Assembly (NCBI GenBank): GCA_002269645.1
Contig: NIVC01000931.1
Span: forward strand, 83,470-147,469
DNA length: 64,000 nucleotides
Source: Macrostomum lignano
Lineage: Eukaryota
Direction of reading: 5' to 3'
Part shown: piece by piece, positions 1 to 13,829 of the stretch
Layout: each line of letters opens with the position of its first letter
Position numbering within the stretch: position 1 is the stretch's first letter
Notes under the pieces: generated by a model
Told to the model about the DNA's origin: nothing
The model's database searches: none
What the model saw: only the letters and a program-made list of their open reading frames with translations
Program-made: the position numbers and the translations under genes

Positions 1-1205
1 TAGGTAGATAGAGAGGGAGAGAAAGAGGAAGTGAGAGATAGAGAGGGACAGGGAGAAGTGAGAGGGAGAGGGAGAGAGGCGAGCAGGGAGAGAGGGAGAG
101 GGAGAGAGAGAGAGGGTGAGATAGAGAGAGAGAGGGTGAGAAAGAGAGAGAGAGAGGGGGACAGGGAGAGAGGGGGACAGGGAGAGAGGGGGACAGGGAG
201 AGAGGGGGACAGGGAGAGAGGGGGACAGGGAGAGAGGGGGACAGGGAGAGAGGGGGACAGGGAGAGAGGGAGACAGGGAGAGAGGGGGACAGGGAGAGAG
301 GGGGACAGGGAGAGAGGGGGACAGGGAGAGAGGGGGACAGGGAGAGAGGGGGACAGGGAGAGAGGGGGACAGGGAGAGAGGGGGACAGGGAGAGAGGGAG
401 AGGGTGAGAAAGAGAGGGAGAGAGGGGGACAGGTAGAGAGGGAGAGGGTGAGAAAGAAAGGGAGAGAGGGGACAGGGAGAGAGTGAGAGGGAGAGAGGGG
501 AACAGGGAGAGAGTGAGAGGGAGAGAGGGGGACAGGGAGAGAGGGAGAGGGAGAGAGGGGACAGGGAGAGAGTGAGAGGGAGAGAGGGGACAGGGAGAGA
601 GTGAGAGGGAGAGAGGGGGACAGGGAGAGAGTGAGAGGGAGAGAGGGGGACAGGGAGAGAGGGAGAGGGAGAGAGGGGACAGGGAGAGAGTGAGAGGGAG
701 AGAGGGGACAGGGAGAGAGAGAGAGGGAGAGAGGGGACAGGGAGAGAGGAGACAGGGAGAGAGGGGACAGGGAGAGAGTAAGAGGGAGAGAGGGGACAGG
801 GAGAGAGGGGACAGGGAGAGAGTGAGAGGGAGAGAGGGGGACAGGGAGATAGTGAGAGGGAGAGAGGGGACAGGGAGAGAGTGAGAGGGAGAGAGTAAGA
901 GGGAGAGAGGGGACAGGGAGAGAGTGAGAGGGAGAGAGGGGACAGGGAGAGAGGGGGACAGGGAGAGAGTGAGAGGGAGAGAGGGGACAGGGAGAGAGGG
1001 GACAGGGAGAGAGGGGGACAGGGAGAGAGGGGGACAGGGAGAGAGGGGACAGGGAGAGAGGGGACAGGGAGAGAGGGGGACAGGGAGAGAGTGAGAAGGA
1101 GAGAGGGGACAGGGAGAGAGGGGACAGGGAGAGAGGGAGAGGGTGAGAAAGAGAGGGACTGAGGGGACAGGGGGAGAGGGAGAGGGAAAGGGAGAGGGAG
1201 AGGGA
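1..1205. repeat. Purine-rich (GA) minisatellite, core unit ~16 bp (ACAGGGAGAGAGGGGG) with variants
   Basis: Direct reading; the R/E/G-rich ORFs here are repeat translations. Confidence 0.9.
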
Positions 1206-1759
1206 AGTGCAGGGAAGCTGGGGCGCTGGCTTGGGTAAAAATGAAGGTGAGAGGCGGGCCCGCAGCTAAGCAGTTCAGCCAGTTTTGCTGCCTTCCCAGA
1301 CAGAGCGGCACAGTGCAGCGACCTGATGCACAATCGTATTGGCCCTCATCAGTTCTTGCTGCGATCTAAATCACGGGGATTTGACCCAGGGTCTGGGAGG
1401 ATGTGCCTGGATAGAAAAAGGTTTGGCAGCTTATTCCGACACAACAGTGGTTGATAGTTCACAAGTATCTTATTTGGCTATACTGTCGGCTGCTTGTATA
1501 AGTACAATCGCTCGATTATGGTGAAGTGGTAACTAAATTGAGAAAAAGTTAAGAATATGAATGTAGTTTATTGAATCCATAGTTTAAATACTTACTTAAA
1601 TTTAGCTAATTTGGAAATACAATATCATTTATGCTTCAATTTTCTATTAAAAATATAACGCAACTGACTACTACCAGTAGATGTTCGGGGAAACAAATAA
1701 TTTGTTAAACTTTTTATTGGGCTTAATTTTGAGTTGCTTAAGGTTAGGCTTAATGACTA

Positions 1760-2585
1760 AATGGGAATTGCTGACACGCTAGTGCTCACGGGGAATTGCT
1801 GAGAGGCCAGTGCTCATGGGGAATTGCTGAGAGGTCAGTGCTCACAGGGAATTACTGAGAGGCCAGTGCTCATGGAGAATTGCTGAGAGGTCAGTGCTTA
1901 AAGGGAATTGCTGAGAGGTCAGTGCTTAAAGGGAATTGCTGAGAGGTCAGTGCTTAAAGGGAATTGCTGAGAGGTCAGTGCTTAAAGGGAATTGCTGAGA
2001 GGTCAGTGCTTAAAGGGAATTGCTGAGAGGTCAGTGCTTAAAGGGAATTGCTGAGTGGTCAGTGCTTAAAGGGAATTGCTGAGAGGTCAGTGCTTAAAGG
2101 GAATTACTGAGTGGTCAGTGCTTAAAGGGAATTGCTGAGAGGCCAGTGCTCATGGGGAATTGCTGAGAGGTCAGTGCTTAAAGGGAATTGCTGAGAGGCC
2201 AGTGCTCATGGGGAATTGCTGAGAGGTCAGTGCTTAAAGGGAATTACTGAGAGGCCAGTGCTCATGGGGAATTGCTGAGAGGCCAGTGCTCATGGGGAAT
2301 TGCTGAGAGGTCAGTGCTTAAAGGGAATTGCTGAGAGGTCAATGCTTAAAGGGAATTGCTGAGAGGCCAGTGCTCATGGGGAATTGCTGAGTGGTCAGTG
2401 CTTAAAGGGAATTGCTGAGAGGTCAGTGCTTAAAGGGAATTACTGAGAGGCCAGTGCTCACGGGGAATTGCTGAGAGGCCAGTGCTCACGGGGAATTGCT
2501 GAGAGGCCAGTGCTCACGGGGAATTGCTGAGAGGTCAGTGCTCAAAGGGGAATTGCTGAGAGGCCATGGCTCACGGGGAATTGCT
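1760..2585. repeat. 28-bp tandem array (GGGAATTGCTGAGAGGTCAGTGCTTAAA and CTCATG/CTCACG variants)
   Basis: AGTGCTTAAA recurs at 1921 and 1949 (period 28) throughout the stretch. Confidence 0.92.
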
Positions 2586-3556
2586 TTTTATCGAAACACA
2601 TTAATCTGACTTAAAAAACAGTGACTACGATAGGTGTACATGGCTTTCGTTAGGTACATAATTTTTTCTCGAAAAAAAGTAATATTATTTTCTTTGTTGC
2701 CTCCTCAACTGGGGGCAAAGACTGGGGTGTTTTAGTCTGGGGGTGACGCGGCTCAGATCTCGGCCTCTGCACCGGGTTCTCTCTCGCCATTTTTAAAAAA
2801 ATAAGATGCTTGGCGGTCCCTGGCACGCCTAGCAACAATGAGAACGCATCATTAAGAGCGGTTGGCAGCCTCCCCAGCTCCTTCCGATACTCTGACAGGC
2901 TTGTGGGCGATGCTTTTGGCAGGCAAGAGAGTCGCGGTTTCTTTCAATTATTTCTGCTTCAAGCCAAACCGTCAAGCCCTAGTTCATCGAGCAGCAGGCC
3001 TTAGAATTCACGGCATAACTTATTTTAGCTCTGTATATTTTTCTTTTTATTCTTTGCAATGGTTTGCAATGGAGGCGCTGCGCTAGGCAAGCATTTGGGG
3101 GGGGGGGGCGGGGTGCAGGTTGTGTCAGCAGGTAATGGCTCCAGAAGCCTTTAGCTATAGACTTTCAATTCATTTTTTTTTCGCGAGAGCAACCCCGCTC
3201 TCAGCCTGAGTAATACCTGCCGAGAGGTAAGAGTGGCACCTTGATAAGCGGCAGCAGCTGGAGAGATAATCTAAATTGAAACAGAAACAGATAAGTTTGA
3301 AGTATTTGATTGGATGGCCGCCCCCACCGGTCCGCTCCAGCCCTCTGCCGTCCTTCGCTCTGTGCGTCTCTCTCTCATTTTTATGCGAGTTTAAATTCCA
3401 AGCTGTCGACAGAGGCCATTGTTGCCAGAGGGCTTTCTGCTAACGTTTGCAAAGAAGAAGAACTCTTCTTATTCATCTTCTCTGAATTGAAGAAAGCAAA
3501 AATAACTGCGGCTTGAAAGAGTAGGGCAGAGAGAGAGAGAGAGAGTGAGGCACGAG

Positions 3557-6500
3557 ATGGCTGATCTCAGCAAATTCGACCAGGGTCTGGTGGCCGAGTA
3601 CAGGGAAGCATTCGCTCTGTTTGACAAAGACGGTGAGTTCTGATGCGATCTAGGCATGATCTATATGCGATTTGGGCATGATCTATATGCGATTTGGGCA
3701 TGATCTATATGCGATTTGGGCATGCTCTATATATGCGATCTAGGCATGATCTATATGCGATTTGGGCATGATCTATATGCGATTTAGGCATGCTCTATAT
3801 ATGCGATCTAGGCATGATCTATATGCGATCTAGGCATGATCTATATGCGATTTGGGCATGATCTGTATGCGATTTAGGCATGCTCTATATATGCGATCTA
3901 GGCATGATCTATATGCGATTTGGGCATGATCTATATGCGATTTAGGCATGCTCTATATATGCGATCTAGGCATGATCTATATGCGATCTAGGCATGATCT
4001 ATATGCGATTTAGGCATGCTCTATATATGCGATCTAGGCATGATCTATATGCGATCTAGGCATGATCTATATGCGATCTAGGCATGATCTATATGCGATT
4101 TAGGCATGATCTATATGCGATCTAGGCATGATCTATATGCGATCTAGGCATGATCTATATGCGATCTAGGCATGATCTATATGCGATTTAGGCATGATCT
4201 ATATGCGATCTAGGCATGATCTATATGCGATCTAGGCATGATCTATATGCGGTCTAGGCATGATCTATATGCGATCTAGGCATGATCTATATGCAAAAAA
4301 CAACAACAGAGTACGCTGCCAGATCACAAAAGCAGCGTCAGATGGCGCGCTTCCAAGCTTGGGCGCGAACAAAAGCCGCACCGCCGACAGAGTCCGGGGC
4401 GCCGGCGTCAGCCAGCAGACAGTCGACGTAGCGCCGAGTCCTCGCCTGTCCCCGCCGGTAGGGTGCCTGCAACGTAAGTAGCAGCACCTCCTGCACCGGC
4501 TCCGGGCAGTAGGCCTCGGCGCGGATGGCGTGGCCTGCCAGCTGGAGTCGCCGACGGCGCAGCAGATCGCTAGGACGGGCCAGGCCGGCGCGATGATAGA
4601 GCGCCGTGTTGGTGACTCGCTCGTTGCCGATCTTGAAGGCGGCGCGCAGCAGGCCAGCGTGCGCCGCGTCGACTTGAGCCTCGAGCGAGTCTGTCAGCGT
4701 CCAGGTCTCGGCGTTGTATAACAGGACGGTCTCGATCACCGCCTGGAACAGCGCCGCCCTCTGGCGGTCCGGTAGGGCCTCGGACTGCAGGACTGACCTT
4801 ATAGAACGAAAGGCAGCCCAAGCAAGTCCTCGGCGACGCCGCAGATCCTCGCGGACGTCGGGAACCAGACCGCCGAGGTAGACGAACTGCTGACATCTTG
4901 GAAGCTCACTCGCCTGTCCGTCAGCGCCTCGGCAGAAGATTGCAGCCTCGGTGTCGTCCGGCACGCATAGCACGACGGTCTTCTGCGTGTTGACCACCAG
5001 GCCGACGCTCGCCGCAACGGCAACCAGCCTATCCAGCTGTCGTTGGGCGCCCTCGACGGTCGAGGACAGCAGGGCGAGGTCATCGGCGTAGCCAAGCACG
5101 CTGAGCCGTCTCTCCGGTTGGCGTCGACCCACGCGTCGCCGCAGCAGGAAGCCGTCGTCGTTGGAAGGCAGAGCCTATAGGTCATCTATATGCGATCTAG
5201 GCATGATCTATATGCGATCTAGGCATGATCTATATGCGATCTAGGCATGATCTATATGCGATCTAGGCATGATCTATATGCGATCTAGGCATGATCTATA
5301 TGCGATCTAGGCATGATCTATATGCGATTTGGGCATGATCTATATGCGATTTGGGCATGATCTATATGCGATTTGGGCATGATCTATATGCGATTTAGGC
5401 ATGCTCTATATACGCGATCTAGGCATGATCTATATGCGATTTGGGCATGATCTATATGCCATCTAGCAAAACCGTGTCTCCTCTACCAGTGTCCTGACGG
5501 TGTCCTAAACCGTCTTATAAAATGTGAGCAGTGATTGAAAAAAGTCCCTTGAAAAACTCTTCGCAATCGTCATGCACTCCCAAGACAGCTCATTGTACAC
5601 TGCGCAAGTAGAACGCCGTGCAAGACAACAGTGAGTATTATTCTTCATTCACAGCTCAAGTTTTATTGCTAGTGAAAGAAGGCTGTAAAACGTGGGCCAC
5701 GGTGCTGAGTTCAAGTGTTTTCTGAGTGAGGCGCTTCTAAAATACTACGCATTAATCTGAAACATCATCATAAATGAATCCAGAATGCATTTAGTTCGAG
5801 GTGAAAGAAAGTAAAGTTCCAATTTGTCGCTCTCCAATGATACGTTCTCAAACTTTTTAAAACGAACTTTGGAATGAGAAAGCTCTTGGAATGAGAGAGC
5901 AGACTCTCGCCTGACTCTCGCCTGACTCTCGCCTGACTCTCGCTTGACTCTTGCCTGACTCTCAGCTGACTCTCAGCTGACTCTCATCTGACTCTCACCT
6001 GACTCTCACCTGACTCTCGCCTGACTCTCACCTGACTCTCGCCTGACTCTCGCCTGACTCTCGCCTGACTCTCGCCTGACTCTCGCTTGACTCTCGCCTG
6101 ACTCTCGCCTGACTCTTGCCTGACTCTCGCCTGACTCTCGCCTGACTCTCATCTGACTCTCATCTGACTCTCGCCTGACTCTCAGCTGACTTTCATCTGA
6201 CTCTCGCCTGACTCTCACCTGACTCTTGCCTGACTCTCGCCTGACTCTCGCCTGACTCTCGCCTGACTCTTGCCTGACTCTCGCTTGACTCTTGCCTGAC
6301 TCTCGCCTGACTCTCAGCTGACTCTCGCCTCGCCTGACTCTCGCTTGACTCTTTCCTGACTCTCACCTGACTCTCGCCTGACTCTCAGCTGACTCTCATC
6401 TGACTCTCATCTGACTCTCGCCTGAATCTCGCCTGACTCTCAGCTGACTCTCATCTGACTCTCGCCTGACTCTCGCCTGACTCTCGCTTGACTCTTGCCT

Positions 6501-9500
6501 GACTCTCACCTGACTCTCAGCTGACTCTCATCTGACTCTTGCCTGACTCTCGCCTGACTCTCGCTTGACTCTTGCCTGACTCTCGCCTGACTCTCAGCTG
6601 ACTCTCATCTGACTCTCGCCTGACTCTCGCTTGACTCTTGCCTGACTCTCGCGTGACTCTCGCTTGACTCTTGCCTGACTCTCGCGTGACTCTCGCTTGA
6701 CTCTTGCCTGATTCTCGCCTGACTCTCAGCTGACTCTCATCTGACTCTCATCTGACTCTCGCCTGACTCTCGCCTGACTCTCAGCTGACTCTCATCTGAC
6801 TCTCGCCTGACTCTCGCCTGACTCTCGCTTGACTTCTGCCTGACTCTCGCCTGACTCTCACCTGACTCTCGCCTGACTCTCACCTGACTATCACTTGACT
6901 CTCGCTTGACTCTCGCCTGACTCTCACCTGACTATCACCTGACTCTCGCCCGACTCTCATCTGCCTCTCATCTGACTCTCGCCTGACTCTCATCTGCCTC
7001 TCATCTGACTCTCACCTGACTCTCACCTGACTCTCACCTGACTCTCGCCTGACTCTCACCAACAGCATTGGTGCGCTTGTTTGGGCCCATCGGAGTCAGT
7101 GGAACGGGCAGAATTGCCTTGGCGCTGCTGGATGTTGGGATGATGTCGCCGAAGGCTTGTGCCTGTGTGCCTGCAGCCCTCCTGCAAACATTATTAGTAT
7201 TTTTACTTCATTTGGAATTTTAAATCCAGAAGGTGAAAGATTGCGAACTCAGTGCCAAAGCACTAAAAACTTCCTATTAAATTCGCATGATTTTCAAGTG
7301 CAAAGTCAGATCTCAGTTGTCCTCGGGCCCACCATGCCTAAATGAGGCTCATTGAGAGCTGGTGCTGTCTCGTGCTCAACCTTTCTTCTCCCGGCTGTCA
7401 ATTCTTGGCCTATAAGTGTTGGTGCACTTCTGCATGCAGACAAGAAGTCTGAGCCCGGACTGAGCAGGATGAGCTCAAATATAAGTGTTCCTAGACCTGC
7501 TTCTCTCTTCCTTCCGAGTACTTAGAAGCAAAAAAGCTGGATTAGCATGGATAATGGAGAAGTACAGCCTCCTAGGATCATGCGGGGATGATTGTCCCAT
7601 TGTGTCAACCGTGGCAGCTTTGTGCGCACCACGAGCTGCTTCCGGAAATCCTGTCTCTTTCTGCTAGTTGACACTAAAGCTTTGTTTTACAAGGCTTAGA
7701 AGCAATCCTAATTCTCAGTTCCTGGGCAGCTAGCTCACTGCTCAGTAAGCCTTGTTTGCCACCAAGCTAAACATGGTTGTGAAACTTCCCTAAGCTAACT
7801 TCCCCGTCAGGAAGTCCTACTAGCTATCCATCAATAAAGACTCTTCGACAAAGAGACTATTTTTTGCTACCTGCCCCGTCTGTAGCTGAGCTTATTTGCT
7901 AATCTTAAAGCGAGCTACTTAAAGTAGTCTTGTCCAACTTAGATTGCTTAAAAAATGGTTATTATTGCTACATATTGTGAGATACATATTGACAGAACTA
8001 CATGACGCTGTCTCTCAGTGAGCATGCTCAGGTACTTCATTTAGCATGCCCTAGTTACCTCAGTGAGCATGCCTTAGTTACCTCAGTGAGCACGCCCTAG
8101 TTACCTCAGTGAGCATGCCTTAGTTACCTCAGTGAGCACGCCCTAGTTACCTCAGTGAGCATGCGTTATAGTTACCTCAGTGAGCATGCCTTAGTTACCT
8201 CAGTGAGCACGCCCTAGTTACCTCAGTGAGCACGCCTTAGTTACCTCAGTGAGCATGCCTTAGTTACCTCAGTGAGCACGCCCTAGTTACCTCAGTGAGC
8301 ACGCCTTAGTTACCTCAGTGAGCATACCTTAGTTACCTCAGTGAGCACGCCCTAGTTACCTCAGTGAGCATGCGTTATAGTTACCTCAGTGAGCATGCCT
8401 TAGTTACCTCAGTGAGCATGCCCTAGTTACCTCAGTGAGCACGCCCTAGTTACCTCAGTGAGCATGCCCTAGTTACCTCAGTAAGAATGCCCTAGTTACC
8501 TCAGTAAGAATGCCCTAGTTACCTCAGTAAGAATGCCCTAGTTACCTCAGTAAGAATGCCCTAGTTACCTCAGTAAGAATGCCCTAGTTACCTCAGTAAG
8601 AATGCCTTAGTTACCTCAGTAAGAATGCCCTAGTTACCTCAGTAAGAATGCCCTAGTTACCTCAGTAAGAATGCCCTAGTTACCTCAGTAAGAATGCCCT
8701 AGTTACCTCAGTAAGAATGCCCTAGTTACCTCAGTAAGAATGCCTTAGTTACCTCAGTAAGAATGCCCTAGTTACCTCAGTAAGAATGCCCTAGTTACCT
8801 AAGTGAGCATGCCCTAGTTACCTCAGTAAGAATGCCCTAGTTACCTCAGTGAGCATGCCCTAGTTACCTAAGTGAGCATGCTCAGATACTTCATTGAGAA
8901 TGCCTTAGTTACCTCAGTGAGCACGTCCTGGTACTTCAGTGAGCCTGCCCTGGTACTTTAGTGAGCATGTCCTAGTTACCACAATGAGCATGCTAAACAG
9001 CTCAAACGGTCAAACAGCTCAAATGCTCAAACAGCATTCAAGACTGGAGATTAAGAAGAATGCAGGTCTTACAGAGACAGTAGGTGCAAAGGTGAAACTG
9101 GTGCAAAGCGAATGGTGCAGAATGCTGCAATTGATCCGGTTCTGAACGAACTGATAGAATAAGCATGAGCGAGAAGAAGCAGCCGATCTCAGTGACACTG
9201 AGTCTCATGTGACACTTAATTAATGCACACTGGATCGGATTACAATGAGAACTAAAACTCATATTTAGACTACATATCTGTAAATATAAAATGCCAGCAG
9301 GGTGCCAGGTTATTTTTTTCACTCCCTTCGATCAGATACGACAGGTAGCTTCTAAAGCTTCCTCACACCCAAATTTTCCCACTCCTGAAGGTGACGGTTG
9401 CATCACCACGAAGGATCTCGGCCGGGTGATGCGCAGCCTGGGCCAGGAGATGCCGGATTCGCAGCTCCAGGCCATCGGGGCCGTCGCCAACGCCAGACGA

Positions 9501-10742
9501 AATGTCGCTGACAAGGTGATAATCAGGTCTTCGATATTTCCGTGTTTTTAGTGAAAACTTCCTATAGTTGTAGAACTGAATTACAAATCTAGTCTAAATT
9601 TGCTCTTATTGCTCTTCTGAAGCACTGCTTTTAAGTGCTCAGAAACTCCAAACTTCAAAAGCCCCGAGCGTCACAAGTTCCAAACTTCAAAAGCCCCTAG
9701 CGTCAAAAGTAAAAAGGGCTCAAATCTGACACGTCACAAGCTCCACGGACAACAAGGTTTAAACAAGATTAGGGACGATTCTGAACTTTCGAGCTGGTCC
9801 TATGCATGATTTACACCGTTAGCTATTTTGAAAAATACAAAGTGATTCGCTATAATGTCGTCGTAACCAGGATGGCCGAAATCAACGCTCCGACAAGCGC
9901 AGCGGTTCAATCGATTTCTCCGAATTCGTGGCCCTGATGGAGACTCGAAAGACTGAAGATGAACTCAGATCTGAAATACAAGAAACATTCAAGGTGTTCG
10001 ACAGAGACCAGGATGGGTGAGGGCTGACTCAGTTTCGGGGAGAAAGTGAGCAGAGAAGTGATGGGTGACGGAATGAGATGGGTGGCGGAGTGAGGTGGGT
10101 GGCGGAGTGAGGTGGGTGGCGGAGTGAGGTGGGTGGCGGAGTGAGGTGGGTGGCGGAGTGAGGTGGGTGGCGGAGTGAGGTGGGTGGCGGAGTGAGGTGG
10201 GTGGCGGAGTGAGGTGGGTGGCGGAGTGAGGTGGGTGGCGGAGTGAGGTGGGTGGCGGAGTGAGGTGGGTGGCGGAGTGAGGTGGGTGGCGGAGTGAGGT
10301 GGGTGGCGGAGTGAGGTGGGTGGCGGAGTGAGGTGGGTGGCGGAGTGAGGTGGGTGGCGGAGTGAGGTGGGTGGCGGAGTGAGGTGGGTGGCGGAGTGAG
10401 GTGGGTGGCGGAGTGAGGTGGGTGGCGGAGTGAGGTGGGTGGCGGAGTGAGGTGGGTGGCGGAGTGAGGTGGATGGTGAAGTGCGGTCTATGGCGGAGTG
10501 AGGTGGATGGGCATGCAAGAGTGGAGCTTTCAAACCATGCAGACACTCTGACACCCCAATCCAGATTTATCAGTCCTCTGGAACTGCGGCACGTGCTGAG
10601 CAATCTGGGCATCAAGCTGTCCGAACGTGAGGCGGCCGACATGATCGCGGAGGCGGACTTCAACAAGGACGGGCTGGTGGACTTCGAGGAATTCTACCGA
10701 ATGATGACGGCGAGGAACGCCGCCAGCAAGCAGAGGAAGTGA
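3557..10742 (+). CDS. Calmodulin-like EF-hand protein, 4 exons (3557-3632, 9391-9515, 9871-10016, 10565-10742), ~174 aa
   Basis: Spliced translation MADLSKFDQGLVAEYREAFALFDKDG|DGCITTKDLGRVMRSLGQ...IDFSEFVALM...QETFKVFDRDQDG|FISPLELRHVLSNLGIKL...MIAEADFNKDGLVDFEEFYRMM follows calmodulin helix-loop-helix motifs. All junctions are GT-AG and phase-consistent (525 nt). ATTAAA at ~10978. The exon 2/3 junction is the least certain. Confidence 0.85.
3643..5460. repeat. 22-bp tandem array (GATCTAGGCATGATCTATATGC) in CaM-like intron 1, split by an RTE LINE
   Basis: Starts ~10 nt after the donor at 3633; the same unit lies on both sides of 4295-5183. Confidence 0.93.
4295..5183 (-). mobile_element. 5'-truncated RTE-type non-LTR retrotransposon (C-terminal RT region), ORF 4338 to ~5175
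   Basis: Frame reads LPSNDDGFLLRRRVGRRQPERRLSVLGYADDLALLS...FVYLG...VLLYNAETWTLT...RRLQLAGH, typical of RTE-clade RT and C-terminus. ATCTATATGC is duplicated at 4285-4294 and 5184-5193 (candidate TSD). Confidence 0.85.
5900..7060. repeat. 11-bp tandem array (CTGACTCTCGC with variants) in CaM-like intron 1
   Basis: Direct reading; the 11-aa periodic ORF matches the 11-bp unit. Confidence 0.92.
8020..8995. repeat. 23-bp tandem array (GCCCTAGTTACCTCAGTGAGCAT / ...TAAGAAT) in CaM-like intron 1
   Basis: Direct reading; two variant blocks. Confidence 0.9.
10075..10500. repeat. 17-bp G-rich array (GGCGGAGTGAGGTGGGT) in CaM-like intron 3
   Basis: Near-perfect tandem copies. Confidence 0.93.
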
Positions 10743-11067
10743 ATGCCACAAGCTGCCACAAGCCACAAGCTGCTGCGCGCTTTCTCACTGCTCGATTGAT
10801 TTGTTCATAATTTTGCAACAGATTTTTTATTTAAGGTATTCGCTCTTCTGGTAGTTCAAAGCATTCTGTATCGCCGAAGTGTTACTGTGAATAAGGTGTA
10901 CATACTAAGCCTGTGCTATCACGGAGACAAGTTCTGTACAGTACGAATCCCGAGCGCAAGTTTTGCTTTGCGCTTGAATTAAAAAATATAAAGAGCCACC
11001 ACGTGAGTAGGTATGCCTTCATTTGGCAGCTAAGCATCCGCTTTTGCAACTCTGAGCTAACTCTCTC

Positions 11068-11235
11068 TGTGAGGTGGGCGGAGTGAGGTGGGCGGAGTGA
11101 GGTGGGCGGAGTGAGGTGGGCGTGGGCGGAGTGAGGTGGGCGGAGTGAGGTGGGCGTGGGCGGAGTGAGGTGGGCGGAGTGAGGTGGGCGGAGTGAGGTG
11201 GGCGGAGTGAGGTGGGCGGAGTGAGGTAGGTGGAG
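11068..11235. repeat. 14-bp G-rich array (GAGGTGGGCGGAGT), related to the 17-bp array at 10075
   Basis: Direct reading. Confidence 0.88.
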
Positions 11236-11516
11236 TGGAGTGATCTGTCCTTAGGTGAAGTACTATTAATTTTAATCTTAAGACTATCTTTCCACATCAG
11301 CTCCTGCCAGTTTTTGCGCATTTAAAAATTGTCTTCCACGGATAATTGCTCCGCGCCGCCGCAGCTCTCCCGCTGCGGGTCGGCGACTCAAACGGAAAGC
11401 CCAAGCTGGAGAGAAATTCACCTGTTTTTCCAGTGCAATTCATGCTTCCTAAACACTGCCAACTCTCTCGGATAATTTGCTTTCGGATAGGAGGAACCTT
11501 GCATGCAGAAAATTGC

Positions 11517-12745
<1,229 letters not shown>

Positions 12746-12922
12746 AAAGGCAATTGTTGATCAAAACTTGATTTTTATTGACTTCAGAGTATTCCACAAC
12801 TGCAGTAAAGCTTTTAAGAAGTTCCGCACTATCATGGGTGCTTGCGCTGCTACACAACAACGAGTTCAATAAACCAGTGAACTCAGCTCCACGCGCATAA
12901 AAGTGCATCTTTAACCAAAGAG

Positions 12923-13456
12923 TCACGTGATGCTTCGTCGCTGCTTTAAAATTGAAACCCTGCTGCGCCGGGCGGCCGCCTGCGATGGCGGCTCCCCTCG
13001 GCCACTTCCGTTGGCGGCATCGGCGCCAGCGGCGGCTGCCCGCAGATCCTCCTCGACAATCTCGGCGCTGATTTGGCGGTAGGACTTCAGCGGCAGCAGG
13101 CCGGACTTCACCATGCCCCGCAGCAGCATTACCTCGCGTCTGGCCGCCTCGGAGACGCCGTCGGGCAGGTCGCCGAACATTTCCCGATCGGCGATGGACG
13201 GACAGCGGAACAGAGACTTCTTGCGGCTCGGCGGCGGCTGCTCGGTGGCGGCCGGCTGCTGCTGCTGCTGCGACTTCCTGTGACTGCGGAGGCTGCCCGA
13301 GAGGCCGACGACTGGCTCAGCCGGTGGCTCCGTCGACGACTTCAGCGACTGCCCAACGGCCGTGGACTCCAGCTGTATGGCGGCGACTTCAGAGGCCAGT
13401 TTTTCGTCGCCGTTGTCAACCGAGGAGGTCTTGGCTGCCAAGCAGATTTGGCCCAT
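12923..13456 (-). CDS. Putative single-exon orphan protein (~177 aa from MGQICL), function unknown
   Basis: Non-repetitive GC-rich ORF with the same base composition as the true exons here; AATAAA on the minus strand ~145 nt after the stop (plus TTTATT 12774-12779). No family recognised. Confidence 0.5.
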   Translation of the reverse strand: MGQICLAAKTSSVDNGDEKLASEVAAIQLESTAVGQSLKSSTEPPAEPVVGLSGSLRSHRKSQQQQQPAATEQPPPSRKKSLFRCPSIADREMFGDLPDGVSEAARREVMLLRGMVKSGLLPLKSYRQISAEIVEEDLRAAAAGADAANGSGRGEPPSQAAARRSRVSILKQRRSIT

Positions 13457-13829
13457 GCTGCCGGAGGCTCGCCATGGGGGCATCAGCGGCAGCGGGACGC
13501 GCTTATGTAGCCGGGGCCGCTGACCAATCAGCGCCAATCAGCCGCGGCGACTTTTCCCCATTCATCGCCGCGTGCTCGAAAACAAACGTGACTGAGCGCT
13601 CATTTTCTCTCTGAGTCTCCCGCTGTTTCACTTTGCTGTTTTTTACGCTTGCACAGCAGATTAACGAAGCCAAATAAGGCAGTGCTGGCGAACTAACTGA
13701 ATATTTATATGCATAATTTCACTAAAAATAGCCAGTTTGAGGGCTGCTGTAGATCCGGACTGCGTAGCGCATTCTGAGACTAAACTTAGCAATAAGTTCA
13801 GATTCAGCTAACGCCTTGATTTGTGCTTG

